Source: Octopus sinensis (taxonomy: Eukaryota). From it: DNA of 64,000 bases. Within the stretch, counting starts at the first letter, position 1. Each line of letters starts with the position of its first letter. The notes below the pieces were generated by a model. The model did no database searches and had not been told where the DNA came from. It was given only the letters and a program-made list of their open reading frames with translations. Positions 12,781 through 25,235 of this stretch are shown one piece after another. The stretch is taken from contig NC_043004.1 in assembly GCF_006345805.1 (NCBI RefSeq), positions 106,082,001 to 106,146,000 of the forward strand, given 5' to 3'. A program made the translations under genes and the position numbers.

Positions 12781-13132
12781 GGTATGGCTAGCTAGCAATT
12801 TGCTTCTAAACCACATGGTTTCGAGTCCCACTGCACAGCACTTTGGACAAGTGGCTTCTACTATAAGCCATGGGCCGGCCAAAGCTTTGTGAGTGGATTT
12901 AGTAGACGGAAAATGAAAGAAGTTCGTCATGTGTGTGTTTGTCCCCCAGCACTGCTTGGCAACCGGTGATGCTATATTTACGTCCCCGTAATATACTGGT
13001 TCGGTAAAAGAAACCGATAGAATAAGTGGCAAGCTCGGACAAAAAAATATACTGGGGGTCAATTTGTTCGACTAAATCCGTAACTGTGATGCCCCAGCAT
13101 GGTCGCAGTCCAGTGACTGAAACAAGTAAAAG
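12781..13132 (+). mobile_element. Diverged family A SINE
   Basis: Colinear with 83-442. Confidence 0.85.
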
Positions 13133-13577
13133 ATCATTAATTTTTCTATTGTTGTTGCTCAAAGTTTTGTTCTCTTCGTCAGTTATTTTTTAATACCACC
13201 ACTGCTGCTGTTACTGTTGTTGTTTATGTAAAACATTCTTCGTCATGCATCGTACGCCTACATCACAATTGATAAGACTACAACGAAAGTCTTCCCGATT
13301 AAGCTCGAATTCTCCAACACCCTCACCACCAATGTCGGCTCGTAGATAAAACTAGTGGGGGTGCTGCTTCAGAAAATTGTTAGCTGTTGTTTTAATATTG
13401 TGTAAAAGGAAACAAGCATAGAAAAAGAACATTTATACATAAACTTGATCTGTTCGCGTTTTAGCTACTGCCTTATAGTGTGCTTAATTTGTTCGAACAC
13501 CGCCGCGAATTCCCCTTTGTCCCCCCCCCCAATCACAAAATAAGAGGGGAAAATGTGCCATATTTTTCAAATCCTGG

Positions 13578-13840
13578 CAGCAACACTGTTGCTGGAAGCA
13601 GGATAATAATCTAATTCTACATTTTATCACATTCAAGAATATAAACACGTTTTAAAACAAAACATGCGGAGTCAAAAAGAAACAATACCTTTCGCCCGGT
13701 ACTGTCGTTCACGCAGTGCTCTCTCTCCCTAGTGTGAAGCTTCCTGTCTCGGACATGTGAGCATGCATACAACAGCCAAACACCGCGTCGCTGGAACTGT
13801 GAAGCGCTCAGTTCTATACATGAATTTTTGTATTTATTTT
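13578..13840 (-). promoter_or_regulatory. CpG-rich candidate alternative promoter or non-coding first exon of the minus-strand gene
   Basis: Unique CpG-rich sequence, AAG|GTATTG donor at 13688/13689, and a 17-bp palindrome CAGCAACACTGTTGCTG at 13578-13594. Confidence 0.3.
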
Positions 13841-14879
13841 TCATTAACTAGGGGATGGCTACTGACATCAAGCTTAAGGATTATATAATGTACAAGTATA
13901 AAGAAAGAATTAAAGAAAAGAAGGATTCATTATATTGAATGTTATCGATAATATCGAGTAGAATTAGTGGGTGCTGCCGTTCCACAGTCCTATACACGAG
14001 CCGTCACTGCCCACCACTCTTGTCCATCCATATGTTAAGGCTTGTCATTCTCTTGAGTAGATGTATGAGTTGTTGTTTAGCCCTTTGGTCATATACATGC
14101 TATGATGGAGCATGTATATAATCAAAGGCGTTCAGCCGTGATTGTCCTGTCTTATTTAGGCTTTGCCTCTATGAATGCCTCATCCATTGTGCCCCTTCGT
14201 ATGTAAAACTGCCATCAGGCGACTACAAGTGGACTCTCGCTTGCTCGTGGCATTGTGTATTGTATGTGAATTTCTCTACTTTCCAATCAACTTTGACACA
14301 TCAATCTTGAAAGCTCATTCAATTTTCAAGAGAATATTCGTGTTTTTTCTTTTAGTTTAAGAACACATGAGCGAGTCTTGTAGCTTACTTTTTCATGTAA
14401 TTTATTCAGGCTAATGTTTTCCTTATTTACCATCACTTGTCCACACTATGGAGCTCTCTTTTGCAGCTACCTCACACTACAATAATGAGTCAATACTGTT
14501 TTTACTATGTTTTATATCTCCAAGGCCATCATTAGCCACACACACATTCTTCTCTTAATTTAATACCCATTATATACTTAATATATACTTATTGATTTAG
14601 GGTAATTTTATTTCCCAAATACATTAGGTATAGAACCAATTTTCTTGGATGTAATCATCCCTTTAATAGGTTAATATATCCTAGATTACGGTGGCCTTGC
14701 ATGGCTCTCTGGCCCCTCTACAACTCACAACAATCTATAATGATTGCAAAATAGCATATTTTACCGTACCACTTCGCTACACACTATTCCATACACACTT
14801 CGACGACAATACTAAAACATTTCCCCGTGGAAATGGTCCAAATAACAACTCCTATCATCAGTTATTCAATCACCTTGAC

Positions 14880-15038
14880 CAGTGTTTCCCAAGAATAAAG
14901 TGCAAGTAACGAATGAATAAAACTTGCAATAAAGTTTTTAAACACAGGCGCGCACGTATTTTGTCCATTCATGGTAGGGACACAGGTATTTTTTAAAATC
15001 GATATGGGGTGTAAGACAAGAAAGGTTGAGAAATACTG
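14880..15038. mobile_element. hAT (Charlie-like) MITE
   Basis: TIRs CAGTGTTTCCCAA / TTGAGAAATACTG; 8-bp flanks ACCTTGAC and GCCTAGAC (6/8). Confidence 0.8.
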
Positions 15039-18000
15039 GCCTAGACACATCCGTAATACCTCAAAATACTACTACATTAGTATCCTATGCACGTTAACCT
15101 TTCTACTAACAATTTTTCTTCTTTTCCATCACTCCAAAATATCAATAACCTCATTAACCCTGAATACAAGTCTAACAGAAGATGTAGGTCACATTAGAAT
15201 CGTTGGCCCATGTCAACCATCCCATCTCACCTGGATGTACCGTATATTCTGATCTTGTACTTACAAGTCAACAACGAAAGACAACAATTATGTTGTCTCT
15301 AAATTCTCAATAATTAGCAGATAAAATCATACCATATAATATTTACAATAGAAAGGATACCTTGGATAATATAGTCCAAGGCTTGACAAGGAAAAAAAAA
15401 AAGGTAGGATGGTCACTGCTGGAATGCCTTTGGTGTATCAGAAGAGCAGTTTAGTACAAGCTTATTGTACTGTTGTGACTGAAGTGTGAAGAATGATATT
15501 TTCAGCCAGAAGTGTCATATTATTTTCATGTTGACTGGATTAAATAAGCTGAATTGATTCTGTTGTATCCTTAAGCTGATTTGTCTATTGTAATGATATT
15601 GTTGTTGTTCTCTAATAGTTGAGAAAGTATTTTGATAGATTTATTTAGATTAACAAGTTGACTTCAATACATTATCAGATATATATCGCTGGACTCTCAA
15701 ACTGTAGCTGACTGTTTTATTTGATTATTAAACACAGAGTGAGAGGAGAGAGATCAGCGCAAGATGTTTTGACGGTAATATTTATTGTTGTTGGCCTTTG
15801 GCTGATATTTAATTGTGCTGCACACACACATACAGGCCTGAGTTAGCCATTAAACCAGGAATATTTTTTTTAACCCCTGGCCTATCTTTATAAAGATAAG
15901 ATACCAATCCCCATTGTTTCGGTGATCCAATTGTTCGATCAACCCCATTCATTAAATTAACGTGCAAGCAGTTGAGTATTTCACTGAATCAATAACACAT
16001 TATTGACTTTTAAACTACAGTTTACAATTATCCGATAGGCGTCCACATAATTTCCGTCTACAAATTCCAGTCATAAAGCTATGGTTGGACCCGGAACCGC
16101 ATGATTTTCGAAGCGGACTTAAGCACTCAGCAATGCCTGAGGTATACGCAGTGATAGGTAAACTCTTGCTAAGATAGCAGAACAACTTCTAAATCGAACC
16201 ATTTTTTTTGACAGTGTAACACTGGCCATTTATTATTATGGGTGCTCCTTTTGTAGGGTCCTGGTTCAAGCTACACCATAGTAAATTCGACGCTGGAAAA
16301 TCAACTGCGGTACTCCTTACCTTGGCACTCTAAGCACTATTTTATCTATACAGCTATTCCTTGGCATCTTTGCGAAAACAAATTTCCCCTCACTTCCCTT
16401 CTCCTCCATAAACTGAGTTAACACTTCTGCCATAATGAAACTCGCAACAAATAGCAATGGTGAATTTAAAATAGTAATAAACAGTATCTTTTATTATTAA
16501 ATAATTAAAAAATAAAACATTTCTTATTTATGAACTGTTGAACGGACACCAAAACCAAACAGTCTTTTTGAATTAGACTATCCCATTGGCAACTCTAATT
16601 TAGGATATACACGGTTGGAAGAAAAATAATATTTTTTCACTGAATTAGGCCTACTTCAAATTTTCTTCTCAACTTCAAATTTGCTAAGATTATAGAAAAA
16701 AATTTAAAAAACGAATCCAGAATCAGCATATATACTCCTTCGGTAGACGAAATTTTACTCTCAGTGAGTTAGTTACCTCTGTTCGGGACCTCCTGGTTTT
16801 ATGATCAATTCAAACCCCATTTGTTTTGTGAGTGCGTGCAATTTGGTAAAGCACAGGTGGAGAAAGTGATTGTAGAGTTCATTTCTCATCTGACCCAGTG
16901 GCATATTAATAAGTGAAACCATAAGGACTTCCGCTATGTATATCTGTCTGAATGTATGTAGGATACTTAAATAGATACACACACACGTATCTCGTTATAT
17001 TTATAGATACAAAAGTAAAAGTGGTGGGAGATAGCTTGCTATCTACTCTTCCTGCCTGTCTGCTAGAGAAAATCAGGTATTCATTCTTCCCTCTCGTGCT
17101 CTAACGGAATGTTGAGGTTGCATTCATTTATCTAGCTATCTCTCTTATCTATTTTATAGCCTCACATCTCTACTCACGTCGAACATCTTACAGTTTCTTG
17201 CTTCTCCACCTCCTTCGCTGTGCGGCTGACTGTTTGTTTGTTAGTAATAAATAATACGGTAGCTGCTTTTTGTAATATGTAAGTGGCACAAACGACCTCT
17301 AACCACATCATCGAGTCAACAAAAAAGCCGCTGCTCTCTACCTGCTAGAAATAATAACAAAGCATCTCTCCAATCACATTCTTGAAGAAGGAGGATTACC
17401 CAACTCCATCGTGATCACGGCTTGGATGTCTTGAATCACAGACATTGCTTGATCAGATGTAAACCGAACCTTAATATTTTAGTTGGTGTTTCAGTCGTGA
17501 TGCCCAAGCAACAGTCTCGGTTTTTTTTTCAAGCCAAACTACATTAAATATGACCTGTTTTTATTTTTATACATTTATTTAACATTCGATTGTATTCGTT
17601 ATTAGAAAATTAATTATAACTAGGGCAACAGGGTCTTTTCTATTTGGCTGCACCTGTAGAAATTTTAAAGTTTAGTGAAAATTTAAAAATTTGGTATATT
17701 GATGTAATTTTCCATGCTGAATCTCAGATAATTCACTTCTTCCAGAAAATAAATAAAACAAATTACAGAGGTTTAAGGTTTGATCATTTTTACGCAGTCA
17801 GAAAGCAGGATTTGGAAGTTGTCGTTTTGTGCCTGACAACACTTGTTAACTGTAAACAAATGAAATGTTGGCAGAATTCTGCTTTACCCTCATAACTTTT
17901 TTTTATTTTGGGGAATTTTCTAAAATTTTTGTGAATTAGTATTCTACTCGTGGTAATTCTTATGATTATGCAAAAAAAAAACAAAAAAATTCACCAATAC

Positions 18001-18675
18001 GCCAACTGTAAAATCAGTTGTAACAAAAATTGAAGAAATTGAAAAGTGGCAGCCAAACAGAAAAAATCCGGGCAACAGGAATAAATGCAAATTTTCAACA
18101 TTTATTTTTTTAAAATACTTAACCATGGTAAATCCAACACTGAAAAAACTATTCCAGCCTTTGGTATCCTGAGCACTTGTTTGTCGTGTTTAATGATTGT
18201 TCTGGGTCTGGATGCAGAGTGCTCCGACCTATTCACCAATGTAGTTCTAGATATTTTCTAAATAGACCTGATGGTTTTGGCTGAAATGCATTTGACCGTC
18301 GGTTTACTCAAAGAAAAAGATAACTCAGCTCAGACTAAACAACAACAGTTAACTAGAACCTTTTTTTTTTTTTGGTAGCTAATTCTTTATCAAATCACAT
18401 TCTAGTGCTATCATGGATGGGCAACCCAAGGAAAAAAAATCACTTGAAGTCTTTTTAGTAGTGCCGCCCGCTGATGATGAGCCATATATCATGCGGCCCA
18501 CTTCTCAAGAAAGTTTGCCCATGTCTGCACTACTGTCTCAAAAGGGAAGAGACATTAAATGATGTACTCCTACACATCCTTAAAAGATGAGATGAGACTA
18601 TAGTGCTTTGCCCATGGGCCACTTATGCTGTTAAGACAGCCTTTTTCTGGCGAAGAGACGGTATATCTGAAGCAT

Positions 18676-18907
18676 AAAGCGGTGAGCTGGCAGAAACGTT
18701 AGCACGCCGGGCGAAATGCTTAGCGGTATTTCGTCTGCGTTACGTTGTGAGTTCGAATTCCGCCGAGGTCGACTTTGCCTTTCATCCTTTCGGGGTCGAT
18801 AAATCAAGTACCAGTTACGCACTGGGGTCGATGTAATCGACTTAATACCTATGTCTGTCCTTGTTTGTCTCCTCTGTGTTTAGCCCCTTGTGGGTAATAA
18901 AGAAATA
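18676..18907 (+). mobile_element. Full-length young family B SINE with 16-bp TSD
   Basis: GGTATATCTGAAGCAT at 18660-18675 and 18908-18923; CpGs intact. Confidence 0.95.
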
Positions 18908-19429
18908 GGTATATCTGAAGCATTGACTTGTTCCTGATTATTCCGGTAACATGAGGTCAGGCTCAACAGGATTTTCATATCAGACTGAAACAAGAAAACC
19001 CTCGCCAAGAAAGGCGTATTTACGAGATCGGTCGACCTATTAGAAATAGCAGTTAAATATCCATTAAAAATATACATTGGACAATGTTTCTGATAGATAA
19101 AACGGTATGATGCTCAAAGGGTGGAATGCTTTTATCATAGATCTGCTCAGTCCGAGCTAATTATAGAGCTAAGCAAACCAGCAAACACTGTCGTCCTCGA
19201 CTCAATGAAAGGTGGCATATTTATACATTCGAATGGTAGATATAACGACCGAAATTACGGGAGCCTCAACATGGTCGCTCCATCTGCTAGAAATAACAGC
19301 TAAATCACCCTCAAATCCCACCCTGCTGTCTTAAGTAAAAAAAAAAAAAAAAGGAGGTTTAATGACACCTTGAGTCGAAAACAAAGGCGAGATGGTCTCA
19401 GCTAGAATACTTCTATCTATAGATCTGCT

Positions 19430-20260
19430 CAGTTAGTGATCTCGAAGCCGAACAACAGCTTCAAGAAAAGTTTGCTGCCCGACAATGATGTGATTAGAAT
19501 GCCAATCATACTACGAAGTTCGATCAAAATCGACGTAATGCTTAGTCTCAGGTCTTCTCTAAGTGAGTACACCTGGGTGATCAAAAACGTTCAATCCATG
19601 GCAATCCCGTACTTTCATTAAAACGGTAGGGTATATTTGAAGGAATGTGGGTACTGCTTCTAAAATCTTGCTCGTCTAATTGTCCAAGGTGTTGGACTTG
19701 TGAGTTGTCATCGAGAGCTACTGTTACACGCGGCAGGGTGACTGCCGCCTTTTTACACACCTATTTGTCCGTCTGCAGAAGGTTCACACCGAACTTGAAA
19801 TCAACGCCGCCGCAACCATCGCCCAACCCATTCTACCCACTCCTGCTCTTTCATTTCGTCTTTACCTCATCTTCTCTCCTTTGATTTACGTTACGTTCAC
19901 TGATTTCTTTCTTTCTCTCTCTCCATCGCCTCTGCCTTTATTCCTCCCTCCCTCTCGTCATGGTTTCTCTGTCTCCTCTACCTATCCCTTCTCATTCCAT
20001 CACTTATATCCTCCACCACTTCGTCCGCTGGTTATATATCCCTCCTCCCATCTCTACACAGTCTCCTCTGCCCCTTCCCTTTTCCTCAACCGTACCCATT
20101 CATTTGTTTTTGCTTTCTTATTTTCTCCTCCCCCCCTTCGCCTACATTTTATTTCTTCTCTTTCGCTTCACGCTATCTTTCCCATCGTGTCTCACCCTCT
20201 TTCTCCATTCACTTCCTCTGCATCTTTCTCTCTCTGCCGTCGGCGTCATTTCTGCTACTG
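19430..20260. promoter_or_regulatory. CpG-dense putative (possibly bidirectional) promoter with long pyrimidine tract
   Basis: Highest local CpG density in unique sequence, C/T-rich tract at 19840-20240, Inr-like TCATTT near 20246, and the strand-bias flip here. Confidence 0.5.
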
Positions 20261-20516
20261 TTAAGTGTCTGACCCTTCTACTCTGTCTGGGAGAAAACAG
20301 CCAGAAAGAGAAAAAGAAGAGGGAAAAGGTGGGGGAAACAGTGCTTTTTAGTAAGTTAGTCACCTCCATCACCAGAGTCGGGCGGGTAGCCATACTTTAA
20401 CTGATATACCAAACCAGTTGTAGATTACAGAGAGTAAAAATAACGAGAGAACATAATAGATATACGTGTGCTGGCTTGGTCTCCACTTTACACTACTTTT
20501 GGAGCGAAAGAATTAG
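20246..20516 (+). other. Candidate non-coding first exon of the plus-strand gene (start approximate)
   Basis: Follows the promoter-like region, contains GGGCGGG, and ends at a TAG|GTAAGC donor. Confidence 0.4.
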
Positions 20517-21089
20517 GTAAGCTCCCAATATTTATTTCATTTGATTTGAACCGCTAATCCACCCCTCGTCACCCGTTTTCACACCATTCATTACTGTCGT
20601 CACCTTTTTCAGTCACCCGTCCCTTTTATCTTTCTGTTTCTCCTACCTTTCTCGTGTGGTGTGTATGAAGGAGAAAGCATGAAGCGTAAGATGTACCCAA
20701 CTTTCTCTACTTCTCACTGCTCCTTCCCAGCCACGACTTCCACCACGTTGTTTCTGTTAGCAGAAAGGTAACAACACTTCTCTGTAACTTTCATATTCTT
20801 TAGAAAGAGAGATATTGCTGTTGATATACTTAGACACTTTGGTTTTGTATAGACACGCCATGTGTGTGTGTGTGTGTGTGTGTACCCCTTATTTTTGTTA
20901 GCGACACCCGAATATGTAGTAAGACCCCCCCCCAAAAAAAGCACTACTAACCTTATCTTAACTCTAAATTTGGGTTAGTTTCTTTTGGGTCTTGCTTCTT
21001 TTCTCCCTCCCTCGCTCGTATCTACACATTAATAATATTTGTGTACAAATACATTTTTATGAATGCACTTACACATGTATGTTGTTGTT

Positions 21090-21101
21090 GTGTGTGTGCA
21101 T

Positions 21102-21177
<76 letters not shown>

Positions 21178-21250
21178 ATGTTGTGAGGGCACAAACAATC
21201 CTATACTGGCCGAAACCTATCAAAGTTATGTGTGTGTGTGTGTGTGTATG
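21090..21250. repeat. Compound (CA)n-(TA)n-(TG)n microsatellite
   Basis: Direct reading. Confidence 0.95.
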
Positions 21251-22122
21251 TATGATGATGATGTTTACTCCTAATTGATCAGATCAATGAGTAGAAACTT
21301 TCCAGTCTCGATAATCTTGTTTATAATCTATGATATTGTGCCTATTGTGCCTTCTCTTATTACGACGACAGCGTGTGATTTGAGCGATATTTGGCTGCTC
21401 TTCCTAGTAGGACGAGCGACCGTGTAATGGCTTTTTCGTGCTTCTCTGTCGAATAAGAAAAAGCCTGAGTATGGAAGAACAAAAATGCTTGATCTTAATA
21501 CAGAATCAGATCTTTCATCGCTGTAACTTTTAACCCCACGTATCTTCACAACTTGTTGTGGATTAACTGGAAAAGCCTTTCCTTTTGGTAGTTAATATTT
21601 ATTTGATGTGTGATGCTGTCTGTGAATTCTCTCATCTTTTGGCCTTCACTGCACACAAGGCCACACGGATTTATCGGAAAAGGGATGAGAGGTTGTGACG
21701 TTCATGCTTTCGTGAAATGTCTGGAAATAGAAACTTAAATCTGGCTTTCTTAGTTTAGTGATTGATGTCTTACATCCAAATTAAGGCATAGAAATACCAT
21801 TTGGGCTTTTCGATATCATTTTTAGATTGTTATTATCTTACAACATCATTTTTTGGATCAATCATTAATAAATATTTAGAAAATCATTCTTTCACCTTTA
21901 AAGAAATATCTTTATTACATTGTTATTATGTGTTTATCATTCATAACATGTCTATCGTTTGCATCAGATCTGTGTGTAAAATTTGTGTTTGGCAAAGTTT
22001 TATTACAGTTACAGACGTACGTGTGTGTGTGTGTGTGTAATTGACTTTTCCTACCCACAGGGTTTTTAATTTCATATTTACACTCTTCATCTACTTCAAG
22101 TTTCACCTTTCCCCCCACAGAT

Positions 22123-22124
<2 letters not shown>

Positions 22125-22203
<79 letters not shown>
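22125..22203. repeat. (TA)n microsatellite
   Basis: Direct reading. Similar arrays at about 2590-2680, 11680-11740 and 25935-25972. Confidence 0.95.
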
Positions 22204-22206
<3 letters not shown>

Positions 22207-24496
22207 TATTAATGTTTGATTTTATGTTCAGTTATAAAAAAATCAATTTTACATTAATATCATGGGTTATTCTATACTTTTGTAGAATACGTATAAATCT
22301 ATTTTTATTCAAGAATATTGACAGTAACTTCGAAATTTCGGCCCGCTAAGACATAAATAATAATGCTTTGGTGTGTGAGTGTGTTAACTAATTACATTTT
22401 GGCTACAGTAGAAGTTCTGTAGAACGAAGTTTGGCAACAATCTGGTTTGCTTCTCACTTTTGGGTCGCTAATATCCTTGGGAAAGGTTTGGACGCCACTT
22501 AACCTCGTGTCTGCATTTGCACATTGCTGCACTTTCTCAAAACTCAGGCTGCTTCTACACTACACGCCACTATCCAGTCTCAGATATTACACCAGTTTCA
22601 GGTTAAGGGCTCAACTTTTGCTCCTGATAAAGCAACATGAAAAAAAAAACAACAAAAACAAACCCAGCTAATTTTAATCACAAATTGATGTTATTTTAAG
22701 GCCCAATAGTTACTGAGTTTGGGTCTGTAAACAGTACACACACACATGAAGCAGTAAATGTAGACACAACTATACATAGACACAATATACACTGGCCTAC
22801 ATATGCTGCATCGCGGTGCGTGGTTTTACAGGCAAGTCAGTAAAACGAAACTAAACATTTTTCCTGATAAATGATACCAGACTTTTTGTTGTTGTATTAA
22901 ATCATTTGAAATTTCAGTGTTTATGCGCTTATATGTATAAACACTATTATGACTTATACACATGTGTATGTGTGTATATGTATCTGTATGGGGGATCTCC
23001 GTCGTTCGACAACAAGGATTCTGATGGTCAATCAATAAATTACTCCTGAATTGACGTGTAAAGTAGTTGAGCATTATACACACTCACTGTACCTTGTGAA
23101 TTACAAGTACAATCCATTCGACAGACTTCTATACAGTTTTTGTCCATCCAATTTCACTTACAAGGTCACAAAGTATAGGTCGATCCGAGACCATAAAAAA
23201 TTACTTGATATTACGTAGTGATATCGAACCCTGGACCTCGTTGTTGCGAAGCGAAATTCTTAACTATTCGGCCATGCGCGCGCGCGTTCACATATGTTGC
23301 ATTGAGTACAAAACATTGAGTAAAATATGTTGGGCGACGGATGGCCAATGGCTTTGTAACTTACTGTATTAAGTTTTGATTCTTTATTCAACTGCCAGAC
23401 CAGCTGGTATTTACTTTGGTTAATTATTGCCGTACAAAGTCAATACCGTCCGGTTTGAAACTCAGAACTCTTGTGTTAGTAAAATTAGTATTTGGTCCTA
23501 ATATTGACTCAGATGCCTAGTATTAATATTGATTCAATCGGCTCCTTGCATTTACTAATTTGAGGCCTTGAAATCAATGCAGAAAAATCAATGTTAAGCA
23601 TTATCCAAATTTTGAATGTGTGTGCGTGTGTGTGTGTATCTGTGTCTCCCTCTCCCCCCTCTCTCATATTGCACTCACCACACATACACTCACAACTTTA
23701 CAAATAGTATGTTTTGCAGTTAACTGTCTCAAGTGCTACTAAGTTAAGTGGGTTTTTCTGTGTCACTTGGGAGAAGTTATATACTCTAGCCATCTTCCTG
23801 TTCTTTTGCCAATTTAAAGAAAATTGCTAACTTGGTTTATGACTTAACTAACCTCCTTATATAAGCCTATGAACTAGCACCTACAATTCTGCCAATAACT
23901 GTGTATATTATTACAATTGCTGTGTGTAGTTCCCTACTGTTTTTTTACAACTGGTATTTCCTACAAGTTAGTCAAAAAGTTTCCCCATCACTACAATGGT
24001 GTCTGCATGGTTGTTAGGACCGGCTAAAAATAGAAACTAAATTTCTTTCAAATCACACTGCTGTCTTAGAAAAAAAGGAACCATTAAAAAAATTGACCCT
24101 TGATGCACTGTAGCTGGGAATAAGTTGGAATGGTCACAGTTCGAATGTCTTTGAATTTAAGTATACTCAAACACAACTAGTTTGTGGTTAAACATGGTCA
24201 AATTGAATAAAACTGACGGTCACTAGCATTTCATTTTACTGTCCTGCCAGCAATGCTACCTTTTGGGAATCCTTGCCAAATAGGGAAAGATTTTAGAGAA
24301 ACTAGACTCTGTAAAACTTTCATTAACTTAGATTATTTATGAACTTAGTAGAAAAGAAAACTCTAGTCCAGTTTAAAATCTGAAACAAGATAGATTTGCT
24401 CTAATGAAACCACTTCATTTAAATATAGACTATGTCAAGATCTGGACTTCAATGCCAAATGATGAAAGTAGCAGCCATGTTTGTGTCTTAGACCTT

Positions 24497-24760
24497 ATTT
24501 CTTTATTGCCCACAAAGGGCTAAACGTAGAGGGGACAAACAAAGGGACTAAGTCGATTAAATCGACCCCAGTGTATAAGTGGTACTTAATTTATTGACCC
24601 TGTGGAATTTGAACTCAGAACATAACGGCAGACAAAATACTGCTAAGCATTTCGCCCGGTGTGCTAACGTTTCTGCCAGCTCACCACCTTTCTCTCTTTA
24701 TTTCTTCCTTGTCGGATTGTGTCGTTCGCAAGAAGAGACTCAGTAGATCGCAGTGTGGTA
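24497..24760 (-). mobile_element. Family B SINE plus ~69-nt extra 5' segment, bounded by a 14-bp TSD
   Basis: GTGTCTTAGACCTT at 24483-24496 and 24761-24774; SINE head ends at about 24691. Confidence 0.8.
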
Positions 24761-25235
24761 GTGTCTTAGACCTTCTTAGCAATGTGTGTTCTATTCAGTT
24801 AGTGATCAGTATGTGTGTGTGTCTGTATATATCATTTCTCTTTTCATAAAAAAAATGTTTCTTCTAGCGTTCACCTCTCATTCTGGTCTAACGACCCTCC
24901 ATGTTTGTTTCCGTTAGGTTTCCTTGTATGTCTCTGCTGTCATTTTTTTATTCTCAGGTTTTGACCCTCCATAAATCCTAAATTTTATTTTAGAATTTAT
25001 GGGAGCAACTATCTTTGAAGACTCATATTGTCGTTGAATGCTTGAAATAAGGAGTAGATATACAGCTGACAACTGATGAAGGATCCTCTCTCTGTGTTAA
25101 CTTGTCCTGTTTTCCATTTTTTTCACATTGTTTGTATATTTCATTAATTTTCCCTTGTTTGTTTGCGTATTTCATGTTATTTGCACCATTGGTGATGTCC
25201 TGTACCCATATATGCATGTTTATATATATATATAT

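Noticed and set aside
19423-19754. 7SK-like reading (paired GATC motifs, ~330 nt, terminal hairpin plus T-run)
   Set aside because: No 5' GGA start and no 5'-3' closing helix; the first GATC belongs to a repeat family.
19881-20400. Longest ORFs in the track (127 and 146 aa)
   Set aside because: They are translations of the C/T-rich tract (S/P/L/F-rich), open in several frames, with non-ATG starts.
21310-22591. Possible coding exons at about 21.3-21.6 kb and 22.4-22.6 kb
   Set aside because: Stops in most frames and no convincing ATG or phase chain; they may be UTR exons but cannot be supported.
25073-25095. CTGATGAAGG as a second hammerhead core
   Set aside because: No GAAA box follows the short stem.
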